Assembly: GCF_001194135.2 (NCBI RefSeq)
Contig: NC_068987.1
Span: 47,562,122-47,626,121 of the forward strand
DNA: 64,000 nt
DNA from: Octopus bimaculoides
Lineage: Eukaryota
Direction of reading: 5' to 3'
Every line of letters begins with the position of its first letter. Positions within the stretch are counted from its first letter, which is position 1. Position numbers and translations under genes: made by a program. Shown here piece by piece: positions 22,496 through 34,720 of this stretch. The notes below the pieces were generated by a model that was given only the letters and a program-made list of their open reading frames with translations, did not search any database and had not been told where the DNA came from.

Positions 22496-24099
22496 TTAAA
22501 GTAAGCCCATTCAACTATACTCACTACTCCCATCCACACAATTTACTAGAGAGAGCCACTTCTTCTCCCACAACCATTTTTCCAAGTGATACTTGAAAAA
22601 ATTAATGAGGGCTTAGCCAAAAAGGAAAAGCCAAGTCCTTAGCCTTTTCATCCAGGATTCTTCTTTGTTTTTCTTTCTTATAGACAAGACAATGGAAAAC
22701 TGTCTGCTTCTCTACCAAAGGAAAGTGTTAAGACAATAATAGCAATGGGCTCAGCAAAGAGTGGCATGCAACAACAGCTGTTTGATGTAAATCCACAAAT
22801 CAGCAACATGTCTGTGGAGAAGTTTTACAGCTTCTTCTGTACCACAGATAAGCTTTGCTAATTGCAGTACGCGAGGAGTTTATCCCAAATTGATAATGCT
22901 ACTAATCCACCATAGCCAAGGGTTATTGAAAGTTAATCCTTAATCTTAAGTTATCTGAACAAATTTCATCTAAATTTCACCGAGAAAGTATTAGTCAACC
23001 TGAAGCTGCAGTGGAAAATACTTGCCCAATGAATTACTCAGTAAACTGAACTCAGAACCACAAAGTCCAGAGTGAGCTTTTTAACCATGTAGCCATACCT
23101 GTCTGACTTTTCAAGGATAGCTTCTTCTCAGCCCATTTTTGGCTGATACTGGCCACTCTGTCTTTATACCAGCTTAATGAAGGCAAAGTTTTACTAAATT
23201 CTTCATTATTTTCAAAATTAATTGAAACAAACTAACAAAAATGGTTAAGCTAGAGTTTTATCCCAGTTTCCACGGCACATAATTATTTCAAAGTACAATA
23301 TTTACTTCCTCTGAACAGGACACCATCCACCACAGGATCACCCCCTCCACCTCACCCTAACTGTTGCTAGTGCACATTTACAGCTGATAGACTGGAGCAA
23401 CACGAAATGAAGTGTTTTAGTCATGAACACATCAACCACTCAGTCTGAGAATTGAACCCACAACCTTGTGATTGCAAGTCCAACATCCCTAACCAGTAGG
23501 TCACACATCCTTACAATAATTCTGGCAATAATTCCATTAAATAAGGCAGTGAGCTGAAAGAATTGTTAGCATGCCAGGAAAAAATGTTAAGCAGCATTTT
23601 GTCTGTCCTTATGTTCTGAGTTCAAATTCTGCAAAGGTCGACTTTGCTTTTCATATTTCCAGAGTTGATAAAATAAGTACCAACTGAGCATTGAGGTCAG
23701 TGTACTTGACGTATCCCTCCGCTGAAATTGCTGACCTTGTGCTAAAAATTTGAAATCTGTTAAATTTTTACCTTGGCCTTCTTTTCTTTGTTGCTAAAAA
23801 GCTAGAGCCATAGTTAAAACTAGATTTTATTGTATTTTTACGTAGGTCTTATGCAAGGACATTGCAAATGGGAGGTGCCAACTGTCTCCATTAGAAAATA
23901 GTTGGATTAAAGGAAGTAGTTTAGTACAACAGTAGCAAGCAGGTAAGGTACTGGAAGACTTCACTGAAAGCAGCAGTGTAGCTGTGATTATAATTATGTA
24001 TGTTGTACAAGTGTATGGGCTGTGTGTGTGCGCATATGTGTGTTTCTATGAGTGGCTTGTACTTGTGTGTGTGGGTGTGTGTGTGTAGTGTTTGATCAA

Positions 24100-24465
24100 T
24101 TGGATGGGAGAGTTTGGCAGAGAGAGAGAGAAAGAGAGTAGAGAGAAGACAACTGAAAGCCCATAGAGAAAAAAAAAGCATGCAAACAATGGAAGGTGGA
24201 GGAAGAATGAAGAGAAGTTAGTGGTGAACAGGTAGCTAGTATAAAGGTCTGAGAGAGAGAGAGAGAGAGAGATTGCATAAGACTGCCAAGTGAGATATTA
24301 AGAAAAATAGATAGATAGACAGATAGATTTAATGATAGCTAGCTACACTGACAGATAGATAGGTAGAGAGAGAAAAGTAGGTGGAGAAAGAGAGGGAGGA
24401 AAATGGAGAGAGGGAGAGAAAAAAGATTGCATATGAGAGACAGAGAAAACAGATAGATAGAAAGA

Positions 24466-24497
<32 letters not shown>

Positions 24498-24660
24498 AAG
24501 CACACACATATGGTAGCTAAGTGAGAGATAGAGAAAAAATAAAAACAAAAACAGAATATGTATAAGTGAGAATGACAGAAGGGAAGAGAAAACCAGATGG
24601 AGGGTGAGGAAAACTAATGAGTGGTGGAATAATGAGTGATAGAGGGAGAGACAATACAAT
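24100..24660 (+). repeat. Purine-rich (GA)n/(GATA)n low-complexity tract
   Basis: Extended gagagaga/gatagata runs. A similar tract lies at 55140-55280. Confidence 0.85.
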
Positions 24661-24907
24661 AGTTCATATTATTTCATAGATCGAGTGAGTATTTATTTAG
24701 TTTACACTTATCACACCATCTGGACTATCGCACTAATTCTGAGCTGGTGCTCGAGTTGATTGCTCTCTTTCAGTTCACAGGGAAAGTTTTTTGTCAACCT
24801 TCAACAAGTTTTACTTTTCATACTGAATGGCTAAATTCATAAGAAAGGTATGTAAATCATTATTATTATTGTTATTATTATTGTTATTATTATTATTATT
24901 ATTATTA

Positions 24908-25578
24908 TGGTGAGCTGGCAGAATCATTAGGGCAAAATGCTTAGCGACATTTCATCCATCTTTTACGTTCTGAATTCAAATTCTGCTGGAGTCAACTTTG
25001 CCTTTCATCCTTTCAGGGTCGATAAATTAAGTACCAGTCAAGTACTGAGGTCATTGTGATCAACTTACCCCCTCCCCACAAATTTCAGGCCTTGTACCTA
25101 TAGTAGAAAGAATTATTATTATCATTATTATGGCAAGCTGGCAGAAATATTACTGTGCCAGGCAAAACGCTTAGCAGCCTTTCATCCATCTCTATGTTCT
25201 GAGTTCAAATTCTGCCAAGGTCAACTTTACCTTTCACCCTTTCAGGTTCGATAAAACAAGTACTGGTTGAGCATTGGGATCAATGTAATCGACTTCTCCC
25301 CTTCCCTAAAATTGCTGGCCTTGTGCCAAAATTTGAAATCATCATCATCATTATTATTATTATTATGGTGACAAGATGTCAGAATCATTACTGTGCTGGG
25401 CAAAATGCTTAGAAGCATTTTTTCCTGCTTTTTACATTCTGAGTTCAAATTCTGCTGAGGTTGACTTTGTCTTTCATCCTTTCGGGGTTGATAAAAACAA
25501 GTACCAGCTGAGTACTGGGGGTCAATGTAATTAACTTACTCCTGCACCCTGAAATTGCTAACCTTTTGCCAAAATTTG

Positions 25579-25615
<37 letters not shown>

Positions 25616-26520
25616 TATCATCATCATCATTATCATTATTATTATTATTATTATTGTTATTATTATTATGTGGTCCTCATGTTCGGACATGTTCTGAGTT
25701 CAAGTTCTGCTGAGGTTGACTTTGTCTTCCATCCTTTCAGGGTCAATAAAATATATACCAGTTGAACACTGGAGTCAATGTAACCAACTAGCTTCCTCCC
25801 CCAAAATTTCAGGCCTTGTGCCTATAGTATAAAGGATTATTATTATTGTTGTTGTTGTTGTTATTATTGTTAGCATGCCAGACAAAATGCTTAGTGGCAC
25901 TTCATCCATCTTTATATTCTGTGTTTCGGAGTTCAAATTCTGCTGATGTTGACTTCATGCTTTGGGATTCAATAAAATAAGTACCTGTTGATGAAATCAA
26001 CTAGTGCCCACCCACAAAATTTCAGGCCTCATGCTTATAGTAGAAAGGACTATTATTATTATCGTTATGCAAGGCATAACGATAAAATAACAGTTAAGTA
26101 CTGGGATTGATGTAATCAACAAACTCCCTCAAAATTGCAGGCCTTGTACCAAAATTAGAAATAATAATTATTAATAGGATGGCAAGCTGGCAAAATCATT
26201 AGAGCTTCAGAAAAATTGCTGGAAGTTCGGAGTTCAAACCCCAACAGAGGCTAAGTTTACCTTTCATCACTCCAGGCTTGATAAAGTCGAGTACCAATTA
26301 AATACAGGTGTTGATATAATTAGCTAACACCACCCCATCACATTTCAGGTTTTGTGCCCAGTGGATTAGAGTACATTAGCAGAATCATTAGGGCATTGAA
26401 AAAAAATGCCTTTCACAGTATTTGTTCTGGCTCTTTGTATTTTGAGTTCAAATCCTGCTGACACCCACTTTACTTTTCACCCCTTCAGGGTTGATAAAAT
26501 AAAGTATTGGGCCCGATGTA
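24908..26520 (+). mobile_element. Head-to-tail cluster of ~8 Meta-like SINE copies separated by (ATT)n/(ATC)n
   Basis: Repeated units starting near 24908, 25131, 25365, 25690, 25870, 26090, 26178 and 26375, with two different 3' tails. Confidence 0.85.
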
Positions 26521-26781
26521 AGGTAATATTTCTCCATGCAGACATGTTTTTCACAGGAGATTTGAAAGGAAGGACATCACTTGTATGATGCTGTGGCTCA
26601 TTTAGAATTATCACAGTATGTCAGGACAAGGTGACACACACACACACAGAGTGTGTGTAATTATGTATGGTATATGTGTGTTAGCCTGTACATGTGTAGT
26701 AGTGCTAACACACTATTTTCATTTGTATTCATATGAAATTGCATGTATGATTGCATATGTGTGTGTGACTTTGTATTTGCA
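26197..26781 (+). repeat. Inverted segmental duplication, copy A (partner 30871-31475)
   Basis: Colinear reverse-complement match to 30871-31475, roughly 95% by eye over the SINE part, extending across SINE boundaries into non-SINE sequence. Confidence 0.9.
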
Positions 26782-27369
26782 TGTGTTTATGATATGAACT
26801 TCATACCGTAATCCAAATACCTAAGTCAACATATTAACATTGCTGCCAACACCCACACTTAGTTACTTTTATCAACATAATTACAATTAACAACAGTATA
26901 TAGAGAACCTGCAGAACCAGTGAATCTACATTTAAGGCCTTAGTTTTTGTTGTTGTAGTTTGTATTATATAGTTGAAAAAGGTTTAGTCTTTGGTCCAAG
27001 CATAACCAAAAGAAATAAGAAAAACAATTGCCACATATATAGAGGATAATAAGATCTTGTGATGTTCATGCTTTTCTTATTGGGATTAATGATTTTAAAA
27101 ACTGGCTGTATGAAAGATATCTGATCATAAGGAAATAAAGGTCTCTTACTTTAGCAAACTACTCCAAAATTACAGGAGAGATTGATAAGATTTTATGTCA
27201 TTCATGCCTTTTCCATTGGGGTTAACAATCTATAGGGATTGACTAATGAAGCTTTATCTAAGACTAAGATTATTTACTTTGATTTGTAAAGATGCTGTGA
27301 TCACATCCCACTGGAGTTGACTTAGCTTTCAGTACTTCTAGAGTGGGGAAATATTGATAAAATATATAG

Positions 27370-27680
27370 ACTAATAATATACTGAGGCTGATATAACATG
27401 ACCAAATCTGCTTTCAAAAAATTAGGCTTCTTCAACTTCAGAAGATATTCCAGCTTTGACCAGTAACTATATACAGAGCTTAAATGTAGTCTTCACTGAA
27501 TACTTCCCATATATTTGGGATGCTATTACTGTTAAACACATTAACATCCTAGACAGCATCCAGAAGAAGGCTATTTGACTAACTGGAAGATTCATTCAAA
27601 ACAGGCTCCATACAGAGACATACAGGTTTTTTTCTCTTCTTGCTCCTTTTATTGTTAACACAATGGCTTTCTTCCTTCCT
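27370..27680 (+). mobile_element. CR1/Jockey-type LINE RT C-terminal fragment
   Basis: EYFPYIWDAITVKHINILDSIQKKAI resembles the MEY.SHIW......L..LD.IQ.KA motif. Confidence 0.6.
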
Positions 27681-27689
27681 CTAAACTAA

Positions 27690-28345
27690 CAATACAAGTT
27701 CCTGGACTAGTTATGTTTAATAAGAAATAACTTATTTACCTAAGTTTTAACATCGTCTCCTTCGAAATACTCACCTTGCACAGCAATACACTGGTCCCAG
27801 AGTTCCTGTCACTTTTGGAATCTGGCCTGGAAGTTGTTTTCCATAAGTGAGTTGAGGACTTTTTGCAATTTGCTCTGGATCTCAACAATGGTGTTAAAAC
27901 AGCGACTGTTGTCTCTTGGGGAAGAGATGGAAGTCTGTAGATGCTAAATCTGGTGAATAGGGCAGGTGCACAAGCAATACCATGTTTTTGGCGAGAAGCT
28001 GACAAGTGAGGATAGTTTGTCGATAGGGTACATTATTATCATGAAGAATACACAGATCCAGTCTCTTTCACCAAATGTCCTACCTCAAACACTTCAAAAT
28101 GTCACAGTAGAACTCGCAATTGATGATCTGGCTCTGGTGGGGAAGAATTCTTGATGCACAATACCACATTTCCAGGGGTGACACTTGTAGCAGGTCTTCC
28201 AGATCACTCATCATCTTCCAAGGATGTTCTTCCACTTTTGAAGCATCTGTGCCACTCAAAACATTGCATACGACCCATTACCTCATTACCATAAGCTTGC
28301 TGAAGCATGCACAATGTCTCTGTAGCAGTCCAGGAATTTTTTGAT
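27690..28345 (-). mobile_element. Internally deleted mariner transposon
   Basis: Minus strand TATETLCMLQQAYGNEVMGRMQCFEWHRCFKSGRTSLEDDERSGRP (HTH region), plus YSPDLA.TDFHLFP and W.QCIA.QGEYFEGDDVKT-type C-terminal remnants. Confidence 0.85.
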
Positions 28346-30429
28346 GCCACCTTGTGCCAGTCAAATACTGAAGTCAATGGTATTTTAGCAAGTTGGGTTG
28401 TTGTATGAATGTGGTTTAAGGCCTGATAATACAATGTCTTTTGATTAAAATAAGTCAGGGTGAATATCAATAAGAAAATACAAAGACAAGTTAAAATTTA
28501 CCACACTGCAACATTTATTTCTGTTGCTAAAATGAATACATCAACTGACACAACAAATGGAACTCTATTAAAAACTTTACATGGTTTCACAATGTTTCTC
28601 GAAATTGAAGTTAAATGTTAGAGGAAACACAAAACGTAGTGTCAAAGGTTCTGGTTACAAATCTCTCCTTGCTGAAAACTGCAAATTGGTAAAAACTGAT
28701 TTCATATCAAAGATCAAAGCTCACTCGTAACAAACTCACCTGCCTCCCATATTAGAGGGAAAATCATCCCTTAACCTTTTCATTACTGTATTTATTTTGA
28801 GATGCTCTCTGCTTCTTTCAATTACTTTAAATATAACAAAGAATTTAGTAAAATAACTTAGTTATCATTAATCTAGTGTTAGGAACATAAATTGTGGCTA
28901 AGGTTTGGTGGAAGATTTTAATTCAAAACTTTAAAAATGCTAGACTAGTCTATCATGTTAATGGGTGGGCAATCTGCATAAAGCTAAATGGACTTGACCA
29001 TCACATGCTGAACCAAAACTAGATAGCTAAAAGTAAAAATCTGCAATGTGGGTAGCTAAAAGTAAAGAGCAATCATGATTGTCAAAATTCAAGTCAGATT
29101 GTGTTTGGAATTACTGTCTTCCTTGACAAGTCAGAATCAATGTTTGCATGTATATTAACGATACACCACACACAATGAGATTGAACCTAAAACTCCATGG
29201 TTGCAAAGCAAACTTCTTAACCCCACAACCATGCCTGTACCATAAACAACAACACTAACAGCAGCAACAACAACAACAATGAAACCAATTGCTGCAACAA
29301 TGAAAGCAACAATTACAACAACAACAATGAAAGTAACAGCAGCAACAAACATAGCTGGTGATGGTAATGACTGTGGGTATTGTTGTTGTTGAGAAGTACA
29401 AACAGTGTTTCATTGCTTGCTTCAGGCTAAAGGTAGATGAAAAAGACATCATTATCATCATCATCATCACCCCCACCATCTTTACTGTTTTTTTTTTATT
29501 TCTATTATAAATTGTGGTAGAGGACAAACTATGTCAAACTTCAGACATGTCTTCCAGTATTAAATTCTTTTATATTCTGAGTTCAAATTATACTTGGGAT
29601 TAACTTTCATGTTTTTGTTTCTCTTTTTCTTTTTATGCTTAATAACATAAATCCTGGGTGGTAGTAGCAATGGTGATAGTAGTGGTGGTGGTGGTGGTGG
29701 TGGTGGTTGATTTGACTGTTTTTCTCCTGATTTTTATGGCCTTGGACCAAATTTAGAAATTAATATTGACAGGTGAATGCTACCAAATGGCAAAATGCCA
29801 ATCTGAATGCATTGCAATGTTTAGCTACATTTTTCACCATTCAAAATTCAAACCTTGCTGGTGCTGACTTTGCTTCCAGAGTTGAAGGTGCTTATCTTAG
29901 TGATTAATATCATAATGACTAATGATCATAAAGTTAAAACTTCCATAAAGCATAATGTAAACACACACACACACACACAACAGACTTCTTTAAGTTTCTG
30001 TCTACCAAATTCACTCACAAGCCTTTGGTCAGTCTGGGACAAGAGTAAAAGACACTAGCCCAAAGTGGCATGCAATGAGACTGAACTTGAAACCATGTGG
30101 TTTGGAAACAAATATCTTATCAACATAGTCATATGAGGTACAGAACATGCCTCATATGTATGAAATCAGTGTTTTTTTTGTTTATCTCTAACACTGATGA
30201 ATAGTGAAATCAGCAGAGCTGCAGACAAAGGAACCTTATTGTATTTAGTTATATAACCATAGGCTCCAAGTTCAAACCCATTTTGAGACTTGCTATCAAC
30301 TCATATGAATTCTTGTTTTTAGCATGTTTTAGAAATGAATCATGTTTATGGTTGGTAAAAATAAGAACCAGTGATAAATTGAGGGTGCATAGCTCAAAGA
30401 TCACGGTCGTCTCTCTGGGTTGAACAACT

Positions 30430-30730
30430 TTTTCTCTGCATTGAGAAGTCACAGCTCTGGAACTACAGACATTTGATTAGAATGTTGCAGGAAATAATTG
30501 CAAAATGGATTCTTCAAGCTGTGCCAACTAGCAGGCGGACTAGGAGTAGATCAAGAGGATGAGATGGTTGGATAATATCCATAGTCTCAGTTGGTCATGC
30601 TTGGGAATCCAGCAGGAAAGTGTAATGATAGTGGCTTCTGATAGGACCCTATGGAGGAAGTACCTGAGCACTCTACCTCCATAATCTTCTCAGGATTAGA
30701 GTGGGTGGTATGGATGGATGGATGGATGGA
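30430..30730 (+). mobile_element. RTE-clade (Rex3/Expander-like) LINE 3' end with (GGAT)n tail
   Basis: QAVPTSRRTRSRSR.RWLDNIHSLSWSCLGIQQESVMIVASDRTLWRKYLSTLPP* followed by ggatggatggatggatgga. Confidence 0.7.
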
Positions 30731-30870
30731 TATGCTGAGGTTAAACTCAATTCTCTAAAATCTAAAACTGTCTTTCCTGCACAAAAAAATAAACTAGATT
30801 AAAAATAATCATTAACTGTTTTTTTGTTTTTGCTTCAGAAAATAATTATTTGTAGCACAAGCAGGAGTCC

Positions 30871-31007
30871 TGCAAATACAAAGTCACATACACACACATG
30901 CAATCATACCTGCAATTTCATATGAATACAAATGAAAATAGCCTGTTAGCACTACTACATATGTACACACACACATACATATGTACCATACATAAACACA
31001 CACACAC

Positions 31008-31038
<31 letters not shown>

Positions 31039-31475
31039 CGCCTTGTCCTGACATACTGTGATAATTCTAAATAAGCCACAGCATCATACAAGTGATGTCC
31101 TTCATTTCGAATCTCCTGTGAAAAACATGTCTGCATGGAGAAATATTACCTTACATCAAGCCCAGTACTTTATTTTATCAATCCTGAAAGGGTGAAAAGT
31201 AAAGTCGGTGTCAGCAGGATTTGAACTCAAAATACAAAGAGCCAGAACAAATACTGTGAAAGGCATTTTTTTTCAATGCCCTAATGATTCTGCTAATGTA
31301 CTCCAATCCACTAGGCACAAAACCTGAAATTTGATGGGGAGGTGTTAGTCAATTATATCAACACCTGTATTTGATTGGTACTCGACTTTATCAAGCCTGA
31401 AGTGATGAAAGGTAAACTTAGCCTCTGTTGGGGTTTGAACTCCGAACTTCCTGCAATTTTTCTGAAACTCTAATG
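30871..31475 (-). repeat. Inverted segmental duplication, copy B (partner 26197-26781)
   Basis: Reverse complement of copy A. Its Meta-SINE part interrupts a host SINE between aatattaccttac (~31153) and gaaacaggtgaggg (31476). Confidence 0.9.
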
Positions 31476-31910
31476 GAAACAGGTGAGGGTTGGCAACAGA
31501 AAGGGTATCCAACCCTGGAAAATTTGATTCAACAAATTCTGTTCAACCCATGCCAGCATGGCAATGTAGGCAGTAAAATGATGATGATGAACGGAGTAGA
31601 TGTTAGTTTTCTCCTCATTTTATATTTTCTTGCTTTTATCCCATGTATTATATTCTGAGAAATCAGGATAGCAGATGGTATGTCTTTCAGAGAAGGTAGG
31701 TGATTCATGATAAACTCTGATACACTCTGTCAGAGTTGAATTGTTTCTTTTGATAATTTGTTCTTCAGTTTGTTTGTCATAATTAAAACAAACATGGAGT
31801 TGTACATCTGGTGCTATGTGAAAAAGAGACTCCAGTTATACTTGTGTTTAGACTATGCGAATTGGTCTTTGCTAAATAGATGCACACCGAAACATGAATT
31901 ATATATATTA

Positions 31911-32810
31911 CAGGGGTTGGTCATAATAATGAAAACACCTTGAAATTGCAACTATAGGATGAAATCGATCAGATAAAATGCTTAAATAGTCTTGACTATT
32001 AATTTTGCCATGGAAGGAAACCATTGGGCCAGTGGATTTCCAAGATATAGGTCTCCAGATCCTCACAGATCCTCCTCCATGTTTAACAGTTGGAAGAAAG
32101 CAGTCTGGATCAAATGCTTCTTTTTGGCTATCTCCACATGTATACTTGGCCAGTGGTCGGAAATAAGGTAAAGGATGACTCTTCTGAGAAAATAACATTC
32201 TTCCACTGCTCTAGGGACCAATTCTGTAGGTTTTTACTCCACTCTAAATGCTTTGCAATGTTTGTTTTTGAAAGTAGTGGTTTTCTGATTGCAGCCCTCT
32301 CATGAAATCTGGCGAACAGTTTTTATGGAAACTGGGCTCTTAAGATGGTCATTAAGCTCTGCAGTAATTTTGGGAGCTGTACTTTTGTGATCCTTTCTAA
32401 CAATTTGCGTAAGTGTCCAACAGTCACTTATCTGAAAGTTTTGGTTTTCTTCCAGAGTTTTGTTTCAACAAGGAGGTTTTTCCCTCTATCTCAAAGGCTG
32501 TCATTACTTTCGAGACAGTACTTCTTGATACACCAAACATTTTGGCTGTTTCTGTTACACTAATGCCTGCCATACGAGCACCAACAATTTGACCTCTTTG
32601 AAAGTCCGATAGATCTGTCATTTTAATGAATTGTAAATATCTTTTTCTGGTGATATCTGAAAAGAAACAGCAATTTTAGCAAAACATATCAAGCAACACT
32701 AATAATAAATCAAAGAACATAAAAATAAACAAGCTTTTGATGGTTTTATAGATATTTCAAAATTATGATGCTATGATGCTAGGTGTTTCCATTATTTTGT
32801 CCAACCCCTG
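31911..32810 (-). mobile_element. Tc1-family (DD34E) transposon, 900 bp, C-terminal deletion
   Basis: TA flanks at 31909-10 and 32811-12. 30-bp TIRs caggggttggtcataataatgaaaacacct / aggtgtttccattattttgtccaacccctg (3 mismatches). Transposase MTDLSDFQRGQIVGARMAG...NSGRKPKLS and PTVKHGGGSV.IW. Confidence 0.92.
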
Positions 32811-32825
32811 TATATGTATGTGTGT

Positions 32826-32884
32826 GTATATACGTATGTATGTATGTATGTATGTATGTATGTATGTATGTATGTATGTACGTA
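32826..32884 (+). repeat. (TATG)n microsatellite
   Basis: Directly visible tetranucleotide run next to the Tc1 TIR. Confidence 0.9.
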
Positions 32885-34187
32885 TGGAGAGCTGTAGCAA
32901 TACAACACATACGCAGGGTCAGGTAACTAAATTGCAACTGCTTGTATTGAGATGTTTCAAAACCTAAAGTAAATGAAAAGACAGGGGATAAAACTTTGTG
33001 TTTATATGTCACTAGCTGGGCCCCGTGCCATCAAAAATTATAGCTAATTGTAGTATTTTATATAAAATAAGGTACAAAAGCAAGATTTTGGTTTAATAAT
33101 TCTTTTATTACTAAATTTTTTGTGAAAAGTCTATCCGCAACTAACATCCTTTGACTGCTTGTTTCCTTCAAAAGAATTTTCAAGTTTTCCTTCCTTCTTG
33201 TCCAACTTAAGGTCACATAATGCTGGCCATGACTAAATACAAGAGCTGGTAAGTAAATACCAAATACACAGAGTTGAAACGCAGTTTGATTTTTCTTTTC
33301 AATGTTGAATGTTAACCACCCCACTTCCATTGAACACACACACACACACACACCCCCTTTTACATATACACACATATATTCACACAGAGTTAATTCTGTA
33401 ACTCTAATACATCATCATCATTATCATTTAATATCTGTACTCCATACTGGCATGAGTTGGATAGTTCAACAAGATCCAATAAGTTGGAGGACTGTGTCAT
33501 GTTCCAATGTTTGCTTTGGCATGATTTCTATGACTGGATGCTTTTCTTAACACCAACCACTTTATTGAGTGCACAGTGAACTTTTTGGCTAGTGAGGCTG
33601 CCAACTAATTTTTAACACAAAGGAAAATCCACCTTGACTAAATAGGTTTGTGGTAGAGAGGGAGGTGGCTTCATTACCAGATGCTGAGACACTAAATTAT
33701 GATAGAGGGACAGGCACAGATGTTTTGCAGTAGAAGAGGTACATGGCTACCCTGTATTGTATAAGGGTGGATGTGAGTAGCTGGAAAGAAGATAAAAGTG
33801 TAATTGATGAGGTATCAGAGCATACTCTCAAGGTACAAGAAGGTGAATATAAGAGAGAATGTCAGATGCAGTATTTGCTCCAGTTCTTTGCGTTGTGTGT
33901 TCAAATCCTGCCAAGGGTGGTAGGCTTAATATGTTGTTTGGTTTAATGACACTATGTGACACCTAGAATGCATTTTACTGAGCCTACTCTGTTACAAACA
34001 TTTAAACCTGGGATCTCCAGTTTGAAGATACCTTCCTCCCTGTCACACACCATTCTTACAGTCACCAACTCTTACGTGTTCTTCAAATAAGGGATGCTTT
34101 TTTATTCCAGAATTTGAAAACGCAGGAAACATCAGCAAACATCACCAGTTACTGCTCAACCACAAGTGTGCCATCAGTATCTGGAGC

Positions 34188-34326
34188 CACTAGTGTAGCT
34201 AGAGTGTGTGCCGCCAGGGGTGGTCCTTCTATTTGCCACCCTTGAACCCCACAAAAATCACATATTGTCTATAACAGACCTGAAAGTGCTGCCCGGGGTG
34301 GACCCCACCTCACAGCTATGCTAGTG
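34188..34326. mobile_element. hAT-type MITE, 139 bp, 8-bp TSD
   Basis: TIRs cactagtgtagct / agctatgctagtg (11/13). TSD tctggagc (34180-87) / tctagagc (34327-34). Subterminal gtgccgcc/gtgctgccc motifs. Confidence 0.75.
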
Positions 34327-34689
34327 TCTAGAGCCATGGGTCAGTACAGTTTTAAAAGTATTCACACACACACACACACACACACACAGGTCCATCACGT
34401 GTGTGAGTATGTACCTTTTATTTTGACATCACATAATTGTCACAAGTAAGAATTACTGATGTACAAGTGATGGTGTTTGCTTCTGACCCATACAAGCATG
34501 GGAAAGTGGACATTAAATGATGATGATGATGATGATGAAATGTACACATACATATATATAGTGCACTTAACTGCTTACCCATCTTTCTGTTTCTCTGTCC
34601 TGTTCTCCCTCTCTCTCATATTCACCTTGTACCTGTGCCTCATCTCTCTCTCTCTCTCTCTCTCTCTCATATTCACCTTGTACCTGTGC

Positions 34690-34720
<31 letters not shown>

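Noticed and set aside
22684-22860. Plus-strand acceptor followed by a 59-codon open frame (QDNGKLSASLPK...)
   Set aside because: No convincing donor or homology, and no partner exons identified.
29155-29527. Val/Ala- and Cys-rich ORFs
   Set aside because: Products of mixed triplet microsatellites with no splice signals. They illustrate the false-positive risk for the 55.4-kb model.
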